Virus record (IMG/VR): IMGVR_UViG_3300020374_000023
Span: 1-28,501 of that record
DNA length: 28,501 bases
Reading direction: 5' to 3' (one strand)
Source: a virus
Taxonomy: Duplodnaviria > Caudoviricetes
The position numbers and the translations under genes are program-made. Under the pieces are notes generated by a model. It worked only from the letters and a program-made list of their open reading frames with translations, did not search any database and was not told the DNA's origin. Of this stretch, positions 27,130-28,501 are shown piece by piece; within the stretch, counting starts at the first letter, position 1, and each line of letters begins with the position of its first letter.

Positions 27130-28194
27130 TCAAGAGGTTGCAGAAGTAACTGAAATTTCTTTTGGAAAACCAATTACTGATAAGAAAGTACAGAATGTAA
27201 ATGGTAATGGAATTTCTGGTGGTATTAAATATTTAATTAATTTACTAAGTATTGATAAGACTGATTCTAATAGTATTTGTGGTAAATCTTTTATAAAGGT
27301 TCTAAATTTTTCATATAACTTTTGTATTTCCCAATTAGGCATATCTATATTTTTTACTTCTCTAGTTTTATCTAAGTCAATTAAATCACCTAGAGTCTTT
27401 GGCAACACCTCACTCAATCCTAAAAAATCTGGAACATTAGATACAAAAGGTATTTCAAAATTTAATATTAATTCTTGAAATGCAACACCTTCTTCTTCTG
27501 CTTGTTTTTTTAAACTTTGAAATAATCCATCGACATCAAATTCATAACCACCTGCTGGAATAGACTTTAGGAGTCCCAGAAAAAAACTAACTTGGTCTGG
27601 CAAAGTTTCTTTTAATAAGTCTATTATTTCATCGACTGGACTCGTACTTATTATATCTGACATTGCAGCTACTCCACCAGATTGTAAATATTTTTGAATC
27701 TTTTCACATATCTCTTTCCATGCTTTACTTAATTTAATATCTGGTGAATCAACACCATCTGTGCCATCCCAATTTTCTTTAGTGGTTTTACTAAGAAATA
27801 AATCTAATACTGGAGCTCCCTTTGCTTCAATCTGTTTTAATAGTTCAGTTTTATAACTAGGGTCGGACATTAATTTTTCACAATCAACATTAATATCAAG
27901 GATTGGAATCGGAACTACTAAAGGAACTTGAAGAAACTCTGCAATTTTAATGACTGGAAATAATTTAAATTCTTCTATACAACATTGTATCTTACCTTCC
28001 CACTCTAACTCTGGAATATCTAATTCTTTATTCCAAGAATGAGACAAAGGAAATGCACCTAAGATATCTTCAATTGGTTTAATATATTCCCAACCAAAAG
28101 TATTACCAATAGAGATTATTATTTGTTCTAAATCGTCAGCAGTCGGAACAATTACCTGTGGACATGGAATTGGTTGTGATGTAGTAGTAGACAT
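27130..28194 (-). CDS. Hypothetical alpha-helical protein coupled to gp5
   Basis: 354-aa ORF whose ATG overlaps the gp5 stop (TAATG). Rich in I/L/E/K/P with a hydrophobic C-terminal stretch. Confidence 0.8.
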   Translation of the reverse strand: MSTTTSQPIPCPQVIVPTADDLEQIIISIGNTFGWEYIKPIEDILGAFPLSHSWNKELDIPELEWEGKIQCCIEEFKLFPVIKIAEFLQVPLVVPIPILDINVDCEKLMSDPSYKTELLKQIEAKGAPVLDLFLSKTTKENWDGTDGVDSPDIKLSKAWKEICEKIQKYLQSGGVAAMSDIISTSPVDEIIDLLKETLPDQVSFFLGLLKSIPAGGYEFDVDGLFQSLKKQAEEEGVAFQELILNFEIPFVSNVPDFLGLSEVLPKTLGDLIDLDKTREVKNIDMPNWEIQKLYEKFRTFIKDLPQILLESVLSILSKLIKYLIPPEIPLPFTFCTFLSVIGFPKEISVTSATS

Positions 28195-28501
28195 TAATCG
28201 TACTTAGTACCATTAATTGATACTTTTCCTTTTAATTTAATTGCACCACCTTTAGAAGTAATTGTGCAGTCTTTATCTACAGTAATAAACACATTACCAC
28301 CATTTTTAGTAGTACCTTTTTGAGTAATTAAATTATAATCACCATTTGCAAGTTCTATATCTGCACTCCCACCAATTAATATTTTCTTATCTTTTAAAGT
28401 AATCTCATAAGAGTCATTGACTACCTTCATAGTTTGTGACCCATCTGGTAATATCTCTAAACGAGTCCCAGACCTATGATACATGTGAATTCTTTCGGAT
28501 G
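28194..28501 (-). CDS. gp5: Baseplate hub / central spike gp5, C-terminal part (5' end outside window)
   Basis: The frame is open to the window edge and reads ...SERIHMYHRSGTRLEILPDGS, a gp5 motif, followed by short beta-helix-like strands. Upstream of gp25/gp6. The ATG at 28484 is internal. Confidence 0.8.
   Translation of the reverse strand, partial: SERIHMYHRSGTRLEILPDGSQTMKVVNDSYEITLKDKKILIGGSADIELANGDYNLITQKGTTKNGGNVFITVDKDCTITSKGGAIKLKGKVSINGTKYD

Noticed and set aside
197-27478. Numerous plus-strand ORFs (e.g. 197-652, 932-1252, 5982-6353, 13668-14111, 22648-23064, 27026-27478)
   Set aside because: They lie antisense to long minus-strand structural genes, mostly in codon register. 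Their V/P/A/S/T-rich sequence is the mirror of G/T/D/N codons, and they carry no recognisable motifs.
28482-28484. ATG given as the start of a 96-aa ORF
   Set aside because: The frame stays open upstream (SERIH-MYHRSG) to the window edge, so this is an internal Met of gp5.

Overview
An AT-rich segment of a T4-like (myovirus-type) phage genome, probably marine, carrying the late baseplate and tail-fibre region. All real genes are on the minus strand. From right to left they are: the 3' end of gp5, a 354-aa unknown, gp25, gp6, a 155-aa structural protein, an enlarged gp7 (1606 aa), gp8, a 2139-aa VrlC/DUF4815-like virion protein and a 71-aa coiled-coil protein. A large fibre cluster follows: a 760-aa fibre with an S74 chaperone, a 262-aa adhesin-like protein, 122-, 111- and 79-aa proteins, 483-aa and 412-aa fibres with T4 gp37/Mtd-type N-termini, a 134-aa unknown, and a >1330-aa repeat-rich fibre (1..3990). 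That last gene runs off the left edge and is missing from the supplied ORF track. T4-type late promoter boxes (NATAAATA) precede several genes. The plus-strand ORFs are antisense shadows. The most notable points are a candidate type-1 copper (cupredoxin) site inside the big fibre, apparent plug-and-socket motifs linking fibre proteins, modules shared among fibres and baseplate, a promoter/RBS hairpin switch, and apparent GATC avoidance. All product calls come from motif recognition and synteny; no database searches were run.
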